Virus record (IMG/VR): IMGVR_UViG_3300031867_000001
Coordinates: 160,001-224,000 of that record
DNA from: a virus
Lineage: Duplodnaviria; Caudoviricetes
DNA length: 64,000 nucleotides
Reading direction: 5' to 3' (one strand)
This document shows positions 20,018 to 29,413 of the stretch, in pieces (positions within the stretch are counted from its first letter, which is position 1; every line of letters begins with the position of its first letter). The position numbers were made by a program, and so were the translations under genes. The notes beneath the pieces are model-generated. The model had not been told where the DNA came from. It searched no databases and saw nothing but the letters and a program-made list of their open reading frames with translations.

Positions 20018-20114
20018 ATTAACACCTCCTTTATACGGAGAATTCCACTCCGTCGATTTCACAATGTTCAATTGGCTTTTGGTAATATATGCGGGGAATA
20101 TTCCCCGCATATAT

Positions 20115-20129
20115 CATATTAATTATATA
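20115..20129 (-). promoter_or_regulatory. putative early phage promoter TATATAATTAATATG
   Basis: Identical 15-mer also at 22837-22851 and 49755-49769, each heading a minus-strand cluster of non-structural genes. Confidence 0.65.
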
Positions 20130-20497
20130 TATTTCAAATTTTAATATTACATAAAATTAATCATGTCTCATGTTTGATGAATATGACTTGTATGGTTTTC
20201 TCAATTCCTTTACGTCAATACCACGTCAGGTATAAGAAATGAAAATGAAATGAAAGTGAAGTAGATTTCTATCATGACCATATTCTCAATAATAAAAAAA
20301 TAAAAATTCACAATCTTGTGTCTTTTTCAGCCGCTAACTGTTTTATTACCATGAGACGGATATGCATGGTCGGAGTATTAGGTTGCATTGTACTAATACT
20401 TCGACGCGGAGTCAATAATGAAGCTCGGTTCTGATCTTCTCTCATATATGGTTTGATTACGGGGGCGTGTGCCCCCGTAATCATTCCCCTCTCATGA

Positions 20498-21244
20498 TTA
20501 GTTTCCATACCACCAAGTCTTGAATGCCGAACCGAAATTGATCGGTCTTTTTACATAGTCATCGCATTCATCACAGCCGGTTGTGATATCAGTATAGATG
20601 ACTCCTTTATTGGTGAATACGTGTTTACCATACTCTTGCTGAAATTCTGCAATAGTTGCATTCTCTCCACCATTAGAAGGAGTGAATGTACAAATCTGAC
20701 ATCTACCATATCCTGGTTTACCCATATTCTGGCAGTATTTGCATGTACGGCAAACGTTTACAGATGTCGGTCTATTGTCGAGAATATCATTGATAACCTC
20801 GAGAATCATGTTGTCCAACTCTCCATCAAACGCATTGTAGATGGCTTGGAATACGATTGACATCTTCTCGGTATCATATCCACCATCATCAACAATCTGA
20901 ATCATTCTGAAGAAGAGCTCTCCCATGAATTCTTTCGATTGTTTTGGATCAAGAGCTATGATGCGTTTTGCAATAGCCGAGTTGTTGATCAACGTTCCAT
21001 ACTTCTTGATGACAAGCCATGAGAACTTACCAGCTTCATTCAACTTATCATCCATATGAATCAGCTGACGATGCGACATGTGAACGCATGTCGGAGATGA
21101 GATCTCGATTGTATCATCGGTTCTGTCAACGATAATAGACAAGTGGGCAGTTGGCTGCCCACTCACACGAATGTTTACATTACCTTTCTTTTCAAAGTCG
21201 TTTAAAGCTTTGATGAAGGAATCGCCGAGTCTTTCATTATTCAT
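20498..21244 (-). CDS. hypothetical protein with C-terminal Cys-rich metal-binding domain
   Basis: CRTCKYC..GRCQIC..GCDECDDY; immediately downstream of the AAA gene. Confidence 0.75.
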   Translation of the reverse strand: MNNERLGDSFIKALNDFEKKGNVNIRVSGQPTAHLSIIVDRTDDTIEISSPTCVHMSHRQLIHMDDKLNEAGKFSWLVIKKYGTLINNSAIAKRIIALDPKQSKEFMGELFFRMIQIVDDGGYDTEKMSIVFQAIYNAFDGELDNMILEVINDILDNRPTSVNVCRTCKYCQNMGKPGYGRCQICTFTPSNGGENATIAEFQQEYGKHVFTNKGVIYTDITTGCDECDDYVKRPINFGSAFKTWWYGN

Positions 21245-21246
21245 TT

Positions 21247-22599
21247 TTATTCTCCTTTCTTATATACGGAAGCGAATTCAACAATCTCTTGTGCGGTTTT
21301 ACCTTTCAACAGTTCCACCTGCAAAGTTGCGAATGTCAAACCTTCTCCAACATGTGTCGGAGTGATACCATTACCAGGGAAATATTTGTCTATAAATTCC
21401 TTTAATGTCTCCGGGCATACGGATGGGATCTCAACACAAATGTCACATCTACCGGGTCTGATCAATGCTGGATCCAACTTATTCTTGTGATTTGTTGTCA
21501 TGATATAGATGATGTTCTTTGGTGATGCAGCTCCATCAAACGTGTTCAAGATTGTTGCCAAACCACGACTGTTGCATTTAATGTTGTCGAAGTCTGTATC
21601 ATCATTATCATCATCATTGATAACTAATCTGGATCGCAGCATGTTAGTTGTTTCATTTAATCCAGAATCGATATCCTCAATACATAATACTCGATAATGT
21701 GATTTTGTTACCGGGTTTAACCTGATATGATTTTTGACGATATTGTCAATATAACGAATATTATCGCCCGAGGTAACATAGAATGCTGCATCAATTTCAT
21801 TCGCAATTGCTTGCGCTATGGAGCTCTTGCCAGTACCAGGATCTGAGTATAATAAGATACCAAAATGGTTGGGGATATTGCTCGACTCATAGAAGTCGTA
21901 TGATTCAACGTACTTCTTCACTGGATCCATGATTTGATGATATATGGAATTCGGAATGAATACGTCTTCGAACGTTCGCAGCTTTCGATTGTCTACAATG
22001 TCAATATTGCTGTAGTCACTGATGACAAAGAACTGTCCATACTCACGCATACGTTCATTGATCTGTAACATCGACAGTTTGTAGCATTCAGCAATAAACA
22101 TCTTAAGTGTCTTGATACACTTGTCAACATTGAGTGTCGACAAGGTCAATTTATACTTAGATTGTCCATCAACATACTCCGGATTGTATGTGGATTTCAG
22201 CAGTATCGGAACGTTGTGATACATGATGATTTTCTGGAAATTGCTGCCTCTACTCCACATCAAATCCTTCTTATACTTGATTGGTTCAAAATCATCAAGA
22301 TGGTTGATCCTTAAGCAATCATCATAGTTATTGAAGAATTTAAACAAACCATATGAGATTTGTTCATATGTGTCTTTGATGGAGATGGTGTGGATGCAGT
22401 TGGACTTTGTTTGTTCAAGCAATGTTTTGATGACTGGTGATAATACTTCTGCAGCAATAACAGTCCCCGCTGATTGGAACATCTTTGCTTTGAGATTCTT
22501 GATCTTTTCCTTCCTCTTGTCGTTGTTCAGTTTGGCATGGTATTTATGCCATTCACGTGGATTTAAACCGGATTGCTTCCTCCGTTTGTTGTTGTTCAT
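21247..22599 (-). CDS. BCS1-like AAA+ ATPase
   Basis: RTFEDVFIP..GILLYSDPGTGKSS (Walker A), CIEDID (Walker B), ILNTFDG, MTTNH..LDPALIRPGRCD (SRH). Confidence 0.85.
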   Translation of the reverse strand: MNNNKRRKQSGLNPREWHKYHAKLNNDKRKEKIKNLKAKMFQSAGTVIAAEVLSPVIKTLLEQTKSNCIHTISIKDTYEQISYGLFKFFNNYDDCLRINHLDDFEPIKYKKDLMWSRGSNFQKIIMYHNVPILLKSTYNPEYVDGQSKYKLTLSTLNVDKCIKTLKMFIAECYKLSMLQINERMREYGQFFVISDYSNIDIVDNRKLRTFEDVFIPNSIYHQIMDPVKKYVESYDFYESSNIPNHFGILLYSDPGTGKSSIAQAIANEIDAAFYVTSGDNIRYIDNIVKNHIRLNPVTKSHYRVLCIEDIDSGLNETTNMLRSRLVINDDDNDDTDFDNIKCNSRGLATILNTFDGAASPKNIIYIMTTNHKNKLDPALIRPGRCDICVEIPSVCPETLKEFIDKYFPGNGITPTHVGEGLTFATLQVELLKGKTAQEIVEFASVYKKGE

Positions 22600-22720
22600 A
22601 TCATTTCTCCTTTACCAATTTACTTATGATTAATCCAAATCTGGGATACTTATGATACGTTTGTTTATTACGGGTACGGAAGGTTGTGGCTTCCGTTTAT
22701 TATTCTTTAATTATTTGCGA

Positions 22721-22774
22721 TTATTCGCAAATAATAATACTACCATCAGTATTAGGAATATAAACTTCTTCCAC
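22721..22774 (-). CDS. 17-aa micropeptide MEEVYIPNTDGSIIICE (leader module copy 2, GTG start)
   Basis: AAAGGAG RBS 8 nt upstream of GTG; homologous to 19955-20017. Confidence 0.7.
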   Translation of the reverse strand: MEEVYIPNTDGSIIICE

Positions 22775-22836
22775 ATTATCAGCTCCTTTATACGGAGAAT
22801 TCCACTCCGTCAATTTCATGAGTATTCCATTTGGAC

Positions 22837-22851
22837 CATATTAATTATATA
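22837..22851 (-). promoter_or_regulatory. putative early phage promoter TATATAATTAATATG
   Basis: Identical 15-mer in three intergenic positions. Confidence 0.65.
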
Positions 22852-22900
22852 AATATAAAAAATACGAATGCGGGGGATATCCCCCGCATTACATATACTT

Positions 22901-23668
22901 TTACTTCTTCCATCCGTATGAATGTGCAATGATCTCTCCCAACACATTGGAGAAATTATTTGATTCGGATCGAGGTCCATTTCTGAACTCAATGCCTATA
23001 TGATAATAACCTTCTTTGTTCTTATATGTCTCTATTACCGAATAATCGGTGTGTTTCTTTAATAACGCAATCAATTCCATCAGCTGTGATTTGTTGTAAC
23101 ACTGGAATGTGTAAACACCATTGTTTTTGGTTTTGTCATTCTGATATACAACATGTGCAATCAAATCTTGCGGAACCAATTCGCGTAACTTATAAATTCT
23201 GGACGTATCAAACCCGGGTTCTTTTTCAAAAGACATCATTGTCAATGTTTTGAATCGATCATGATAATACTCTTGTCTACCGAGTGAATTATCAACTAAG
23301 AATCCATGTAACAAATCCGTGATGTCTTTGATTGTTGTGATATTAGATGCGATTTCTGATTGCAACCTGGATGGTGTGCATGCATAAATATAATCAATCG
23401 CTTCTGATAATCTCAACTTGAGAACAATCGTGTCTTTATCCATGTATTGTGTTTGATACCACAACGTATTTGCATGAAAATGGTTTGTCTCCCAGAACTT
23501 ACGACAGAAGTATTCCCACGGATGATCATACTTCAACGTGACTTCGAATATACCATTGTCATATAATCCTTCGGATCTGTATCCTTTTGAAAGAAGATAT
23601 TTCAACGTATCATCGAATGTTCGAACAATCGGTTCTACCAACAATACTTCCATACTATTACCTCCCAT
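22901..23668 (-). CDS. hypothetical protein
   Basis: 255-aa ORF in an operon with the RNAP and topoisomerase B genes; terminator at 22867-22890. Confidence 0.7.
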   Translation of the reverse strand: MGGNSMEVLLVEPIVRTFDDTLKYLLSKGYRSEGLYDNGIFEVTLKYDHPWEYFCRKFWETNHFHANTLWYQTQYMDKDTIVLKLRLSEAIDYIYACTPSRLQSEIASNITTIKDITDLLHGFLVDNSLGRQEYYHDRFKTLTMMSFEKEPGFDTSRIYKLRELVPQDLIAHVVYQNDKTKNNGVYTFQCYNKSQLMELIALLKKHTDYSVIETYKNKEGYYHIGIEFRNGPRSESNNFSNVLGEIIAHSYGWKK

Positions 23669-23680
23669 TTTGTATGTGTG

Positions 23681-24718
23681 TTAGAATAACTCTAACAGAT
23701 TCATTCCTTGAATGGACAACTTTGACAGTCCATCAATATCCAACTTATCAACCATTTGAGCTTTGGTTTTCTCCAATGCAGATGGCTTGATTAATTTGAC
23801 ATGTGATTCAATATCAATCAATGGATAATTCTTCAGAATGTATTCATGATAAATTGGTTTCAAAATCGGAAGTACGGATTCAACCGCTTTTGGATCGGAT
23901 GGTATTTTATGTTGTTCAACTGCACGAATCAAATCATTTGCATATGCAGTAATACCAAGTGGCTGAATTCCTTGGATTGCACGATCCTTGGAACCAATCA
24001 ACAGCTGTAATGTATTATAGAATACTTTGTTTGCAATAAATGCATCCACCAACTGGTCATCAATCTTGGATACTGCATGAACAAGCATCTGTGGATCGGA
24101 TATCTGTGACAAACCATTTGCAACGAATCTGGAATAAATGACTTTTGTATTCTCCATATAGAAATGGGAAGACATGAATGGATCCGCCGTTACAACGATT
24201 TTATCACGCTTTGGTTCAGACAGTACTTGTGGCAGTACATATGAATCAAACTTATCCGACTTGATCAGATATCCAGATGGTATATACTGCAATACTGTCT
24301 GTACGATCTTGATGGATTCGTCCCAGTAATATACCAACTGTCGGAAATTGTCCTGTTCGAATTTATGTTTGAACGGAATCAAATATGAACGCAATGTATC
24401 ATGTTCACATAATCTTTCAAAGTGATAATCATTTACGATCATAAAGATTCTTGAATTATTCCATTTTCTTGAATAATCTTTCCAATGTTTGAATGTTTGT
24501 AATAAACACAAAACAATGTCAACTTGAACATCCGATGAAAATGGTAATGAATTCATGAACTTTCTTGAAGAAGCCATTGACGACAATAATGAGTTGAGGT
24601 CGATAAAGATATCGACCCCACACACTGCTGGTATATATGTTTCACCCAATGCCATTGTTATGATCTTATAACGCGGCTTCAATTGTCCTGTCAATGGTCC
24701 AATTGAATAACTTCTCAT
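23681..24718 (-). CDS. PIN/5'-3' nuclease-fold-like protein (possibly degenerate)
   Basis: N-terminal IFIDLNSLL, later IVVTADPF and an HhH-like LIGS..IQGIQPLG segment, resembling FEN/T4 RNase H architecture. Confidence 0.45.
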   Translation of the reverse strand: MRSYSIGPLTGQLKPRYKIITMALGETYIPAVCGVDIFIDLNSLLSSMASSRKFMNSLPFSSDVQVDIVLCLLQTFKHWKDYSRKWNNSRIFMIVNDYHFERLCEHDTLRSYLIPFKHKFEQDNFRQLVYYWDESIKIVQTVLQYIPSGYLIKSDKFDSYVLPQVLSEPKRDKIVVTADPFMSSHFYMENTKVIYSRFVANGLSQISDPQMLVHAVSKIDDQLVDAFIANKVFYNTLQLLIGSKDRAIQGIQPLGITAYANDLIRAVEQHKIPSDPKAVESVLPILKPIYHEYILKNYPLIDIESHVKLIKPSALEKTKAQMVDKLDIDGLSKLSIQGMNLLELF

Positions 24719-24736
24719 TGCATTTCCTCCATTGTA

Positions 24737-26737
24737 TTATAAGTAACCTTCACCAAACATGAAGTCGGAGAATGAACGAACACCAACTCGGTTGATTTCA
24801 TTTCTTGCATCAAATACGGAACGTAACAACTGATCGGATGTCTTCTCAAATGCAACAGCAGTCATTGCGGATTCGGAATTATCCAATGCAGTCTTAACGG
24901 TCACGATCTGATATGGCTCATTGTCATTCAACCAATTTGGACGCAGCATTCTGTTGTCGATGTCTCTGACCAAATGACCAATGATGATTTCTCCATGTAC
25001 CGAGAAGATCGGAATCAATCCATGCAAGATATTCATCAACGAGCAAACGGCATCTGCAATATTGTCATATTTTGCAATACCGGAATTGAAGAACTTGATG
25101 ATGTCCATATACTTGGAGATGACACTGATGTTGACTGGTGTGATTTCACATAATGCACCACCAGATTCCACAACCTTGAAGTTTGTGGTTTGGAGATATG
25201 TGACGTCATCAATCTCAACACGTTTCATCTTATCCAGTACTTGAGATGGAATATGGATATCTGCATAATTGGATACAGTTACTTCTTCCATGTCTTTACC
25301 CATATAGAATGTCAGTGACTCACTCAGATTGTTGTGATAATCTTCACGAATCATGATATTGAATCTCTTCTCATCTAAAGGATATACATTTGAAGAATAC
25401 ATTTGTAACCACTTATCCCAATTGGTTGTGAATTCAACACGTTCTGCATCTGTCTTCAACAAATGTTTTGCACTTAAGATATTCTGCGACACACGGGATG
25501 TCATAAGCTCTGTCGTGTAAATGAATCCACCTTCCAAGTCACCAACTTGTGTTGCGATTGTTCCATAACAAACATGACAACAATCTTCATTCAAGTTACA
25601 TGTACATGGAGAACGGAACCACAGCGTTTCACCGATCAAATCACGATCAGTCTTATGCAACACATGTAAGATTCCATCATTCTTATTCTTCATATAGAAA
25701 CGACCTTGCATCATATGAAGTACGGTATCATCAACTGTAATCGGAATGGGATTGCGTGATCCACAATCATAAATGGTTTTGGAGATTGTACCGTATGTGA
25801 GCATCATCATGTTTCGATTAAAGTATCCAGATTCTCCCATCCATCTTTCATTCATTAAGTCTGGAACTTTCGCTGCAATTGAGGCGGCATAGAAAACTGG
25901 CTTGTCATGATAACCCGCTTTGAATCCATTACCATTCATAATTACGGGAATGATGTCACGACCATCAGGAATCTGGGAGAAGTTGATATACAATTCTTCC
26001 ATCTGCTTCGGTTTAACAATCTTCGCATATTTCGAATCGATGAAGAATGGATTACCACGTTTCATCATTTCTTGTTCCAGAATCTTATACTTCGCAGCAT
26101 TGTTTGCAACAATGTCAACCGTCTGCATATCAGGTGGATATTCCGTATCATTAATCTCGCGAACGATTTCAGATTCCATATAATGATCCAAGAACAGATT
26201 CTCAGCTGTGAAGATCTGTAAATCTGCTTGTGAGAAGATTGCCGTTTGCTCTTTCAAATCAAGTGACATTCTCGCCATGATGGTTTGGATTTCAAAGTTG
26301 CTTAATCCATTTCCACGTAATACCAGAACGATATGATCTTGAATTGCTTCACGATCCTTTTCTGACATGAACTTATGCAGAATGAAATCATTGATATCTA
26401 CTTTATGCAGATATGGAAGAATGGTTCTGATAAATGCCATTGAAATCATGAATCGATTTAATGGGATTGCATAAACCATTGTATCATCAACCGATACTTT
26501 GAAATGCATTGGTGTATGCTGGAGAACATCATTGTTGTATTTGATATTCCAGCAACAAACACACACATCAACAACCCGGTTGTATAATTGATCATATAAA
26601 TCGGGATCTGTATATCGATCCAGAATGATTAAATCACCAAGCAATTGATACACCAATTCAGGTGTATCAATCGTTTGGTACTGACGGATGTCTGGGAATT
26701 GCGATTCATTCACATCTGTGTCACGATTAAAATTCAT
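24737..26737 (-). CDS. RNA polymerase beta'-like subunit, C-terminal half (probably non-virion RNAP)
   Basis: ESGYFNR..YDCGS, RSPCTC..CCHVCYG zinc site, SQNILSAKH (trigger-loop region), VHGEIII and TAVAFE. Confidence 0.88.
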   Translation of the reverse strand: MNFNRDTDVNESQFPDIRQYQTIDTPELVYQLLGDLIILDRYTDPDLYDQLYNRVVDVCVCCWNIKYNNDVLQHTPMHFKVSVDDTMVYAIPLNRFMISMAFIRTILPYLHKVDINDFILHKFMSEKDREAIQDHIVLVLRGNGLSNFEIQTIMARMSLDLKEQTAIFSQADLQIFTAENLFLDHYMESEIVREINDTEYPPDMQTVDIVANNAAKYKILEQEMMKRGNPFFIDSKYAKIVKPKQMEELYINFSQIPDGRDIIPVIMNGNGFKAGYHDKPVFYAASIAAKVPDLMNERWMGESGYFNRNMMMLTYGTISKTIYDCGSRNPIPITVDDTVLHMMQGRFYMKNKNDGILHVLHKTDRDLIGETLWFRSPCTCNLNEDCCHVCYGTIATQVGDLEGGFIYTTELMTSRVSQNILSAKHLLKTDAERVEFTTNWDKWLQMYSSNVYPLDEKRFNIMIREDYHNNLSESLTFYMGKDMEEVTVSNYADIHIPSQVLDKMKRVEIDDVTYLQTTNFKVVESGGALCEITPVNISVISKYMDIIKFFNSGIAKYDNIADAVCSLMNILHGLIPIFSVHGEIIIGHLVRDIDNRMLRPNWLNDNEPYQIVTVKTALDNSESAMTAVAFEKTSDQLLRSVFDARNEINRVGVRSFSDFMFGEGYL

Positions 26738-26761
26738 AATGGAATCCTCCTTCTCATTACA

Positions 26762-29104
26762 TTAAGAATCAATATCTGCTTTTGTGAACTTGAAATTCAT
26801 CAACATATCTTTTCTTTGGTTGATATAGTCCTTACCTTGTCCGACTAATGCACCCATCTGAGACATTACAATCGCATCGTCCATTGTGACACGATAAATA
26901 CGTCTGACACTTGGATCCATAACCACTTCCCGCAGAACTTCTGGATCAGAAGATCCCAGTCCTTTGTAACGTCCTTTGATCTGAGGATAGATGTCTTCGA
27001 TATATTCAAAGAAGTGAGACAATTCACACTGTTCATCAATCTTACGTTTGTTCGATGTATAATGAATCATCAAACCATACTTCTTCAAGATATCAATCAC
27101 GGATGATAGTTCGGTAATTAATTCGTCATCAATCATTACGAAATTATCCGTCAATTCAATGACTGAATAAATCTGATTGGTGTTATGGTCATATCCGATC
27201 TCACTAAAGACGGATGCAACAGACTTCAACCATTTGTCGATATGCTTGATGAATGCTTCTTTACTTCCGTAATGTGCAATACCAAATGCAATGTACTCCA
27301 ATAAGTATCTATTAACGGAACGATTGATCGAACACTCCTTCAGAATATTCAAGTAATCAAATGCATCTGTCACGAAATCAGAAGTTGAGATTTTGATTTT
27401 AGACATCGGGAATTCGGTCTTTAAATCACCAATGGATTTGATACACTGCTGAATGTATTCAGTTTGTGTTGCAACATACTTGACATCCTTACCACGCACG
27501 AGTTTGTACAGCGGTGGTTCTGCAATATACAACTTTCCTGCAAGAATCAACTCTGGTAAGAATCTCATAAAGAATGTGCACATCATGACACGAATATGGA
27601 ATCCATCAATATCTGCATCAGTTGTGATAATGATCTTATCATATTTCAATTTCTTTAAGTCCGGCGGATATCCACACTCCAATGTCGGAATGACATGTTT
27701 CCATGAATCAGATGTTAATGCCTTTTGTGGATCCGATTCGTATGTGTTTAATGGTTTACCCTTGAAGAAGAGAATTGCTTGATACCGTGCATCACGTGCA
27801 CCATTCAATCCACCACCTGCGGAATTACCCTCAACCAAGAATAACTCTTTTGGATGATCGGTTTTTACATTGGAACACGGAATGAATGAATCTGGGGTTG
27901 ACCATTGTCTCTTGACCTTTGTGACAGATTTCAAATCACGTGCTTGTTCACCTGCCATACGAGCACGGTGATTTCCAAGGATTGCTTCCACAATGGAACC
28001 AATCGCTGTATGATTCGATTCATTCAATGCATCATAACACTTCTTGGCAATTTCTTGTCCAAGTGATTTTGATAATACTTTATGTTTCGACTGAGATGAG
28101 AAGATGTGTGCCATATCACATTCTCCACGAACAACCAACTGCATATGTGCAAGAATGTCTTTCCGCAAATCTTCACCTTGTAATCTCTTATTACGACGAA
28201 CACACTCTTCGGTCAAATACTTTGTTAATGCACGAATGATACCATCGACATGATCACCGTTCTCTGGTGTATAAATCATGTTCATCCAAGAGTGACGGAT
28301 GTCTTCTTGATTATTGGCATACATCAATGCAAAATCAATCTTGTATTTACGATGTGTGGTTTTGTCCATAAAGGTTTCATCAATATCACCATGGAAGGAT
28401 AAACTCAAAGTATCGCTTAAACACTTTTCATCTTCACGATCAATTCCGAAGAATTGTTTCAATGGTTTATGTTGTACTTTATATGTCTTGCCATTTGCAA
28501 TGTAAGTGACGTTTGTGTTCGGATGTAACGTGTAATCAAAGTCTTTCAACCAATCCAATACTCGATCGACGGGAATGTTTCCATAACCCATGACTTTCTT
28601 AGACGGAGCATAAGTGACATCCAATCCATGTTCATCACCATTGTACTCTTCCAAGATTCGATCAACCAATTCCGCTTCTTTGTAAATCAGCGTCAAACGC
28701 TTATGTTCATTTGGACGTGTTGATACGACTTTGAGATATGATGATAGTGCCAACAAACATGTGGAACCACCAAGTGAGTTTTCACCACGTGTTGCACCAT
28801 TGGATCGTGTCATATTGGTACCAGCTTGCATTGTCTCGTAAATCTTCTGCATAATGTCGGTCGGAATACCACGTCCATTATCAACAACTCGGATTTGTTT
28901 ATCCGTCATAGTAATGGTGAATGAATCACATGGTGAATCTACTTTCATTGCTTCATCCGATGCATTATCAATCAATTCTTTACAAAGGTGAAATACTCCC
29001 GCTTCACCAATTGCGGAAATGAACATTGTCGGACGAGTTCGGATTCTTTGTATATCAACTTCAATGATATCATATTTGTCATCCTTGAATTGTTTCTTCT
29101 TCAT
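26762..29104 (-). CDS. type IIA topoisomerase subunit B (GyrB/ParE-like)
   Basis: IRTRPTMFI, ELIDNASDE, DNGRGIP, LVEGNSAGG, TDADIDGFHI, RYKGLG. Confidence 0.93.
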   Translation of the reverse strand: MKKKQFKDDKYDIIEVDIQRIRTRPTMFISAIGEAGVFHLCKELIDNASDEAMKVDSPCDSFTITMTDKQIRVVDNGRGIPTDIMQKIYETMQAGTNMTRSNGATRGENSLGGSTCLLALSSYLKVVSTRPNEHKRLTLIYKEAELVDRILEEYNGDEHGLDVTYAPSKKVMGYGNIPVDRVLDWLKDFDYTLHPNTNVTYIANGKTYKVQHKPLKQFFGIDREDEKCLSDTLSLSFHGDIDETFMDKTTHRKYKIDFALMYANNQEDIRHSWMNMIYTPENGDHVDGIIRALTKYLTEECVRRNKRLQGEDLRKDILAHMQLVVRGECDMAHIFSSQSKHKVLSKSLGQEIAKKCYDALNESNHTAIGSIVEAILGNHRARMAGEQARDLKSVTKVKRQWSTPDSFIPCSNVKTDHPKELFLVEGNSAGGGLNGARDARYQAILFFKGKPLNTYESDPQKALTSDSWKHVIPTLECGYPPDLKKLKYDKIIITTDADIDGFHIRVMMCTFFMRFLPELILAGKLYIAEPPLYKLVRGKDVKYVATQTEYIQQCIKSIGDLKTEFPMSKIKISTSDFVTDAFDYLNILKECSINRSVNRYLLEYIAFGIAHYGSKEAFIKHIDKWLKSVASVFSEIGYDHNTNQIYSVIELTDNFVMIDDELITELSSVIDILKKYGLMIHYTSNKRKIDEQCELSHFFEYIEDIYPQIKGRYKGLGSSDPEVLREVVMDPSVRRIYRVTMDDAIVMSQMGALVGQGKDYINQRKDMLMNFKFTKADIDS

Positions 29105-29359
29105 GTATAATAACCTCCAAATCATAAAAAGTATACGTAAAGAGAAGTTTCCTCCATTCGCATCTTAAATATGTAAATATGAAAAATGATAAAAAATGCA
29201 TTGGATTGCGGGGGATATCCCCCGCAATCTAAATAGCATGATGGATTCACATATACTCCCGACCAATATATGTGAATGTGTTATCAGCATTAAGCCAATT
29301 CAATTGATCATGAATTGATTTATTATCAGAGTAAGTATGTGTGGATAATTATTATTAAC

Positions 29360-29372
29360 GACCAAAATGTAA
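29360..29372 (+). promoter_or_regulatory. candidate late promoter GACC-N6-TAA
   Basis: Same pattern upstream of the tail sheath gene (33102) and the virion/portal operon (56861, minus). Confidence 0.4.
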
Positions 29373-29413
29373 CTTTCTTGTTTTTCCATAATGATTAAAG
29401 GAGGCTTATTATA

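Noticed and set aside
19875-20075. Retron msr-msd or MITE (IR-flanked element)
   Set aside because: No reverse transcriptase or transposase in the window, the IRs differ between copies, and no target-site duplication was seen.
22709-22776. Alternative ATG frame over micropeptide copy 2 (MWKKFIFLILMVVLLFANNRK), which looks like a type I toxin
   Set aside because: It is not conserved in copy 1, whereas the GTG frame is. It cannot be fully excluded as a second product.
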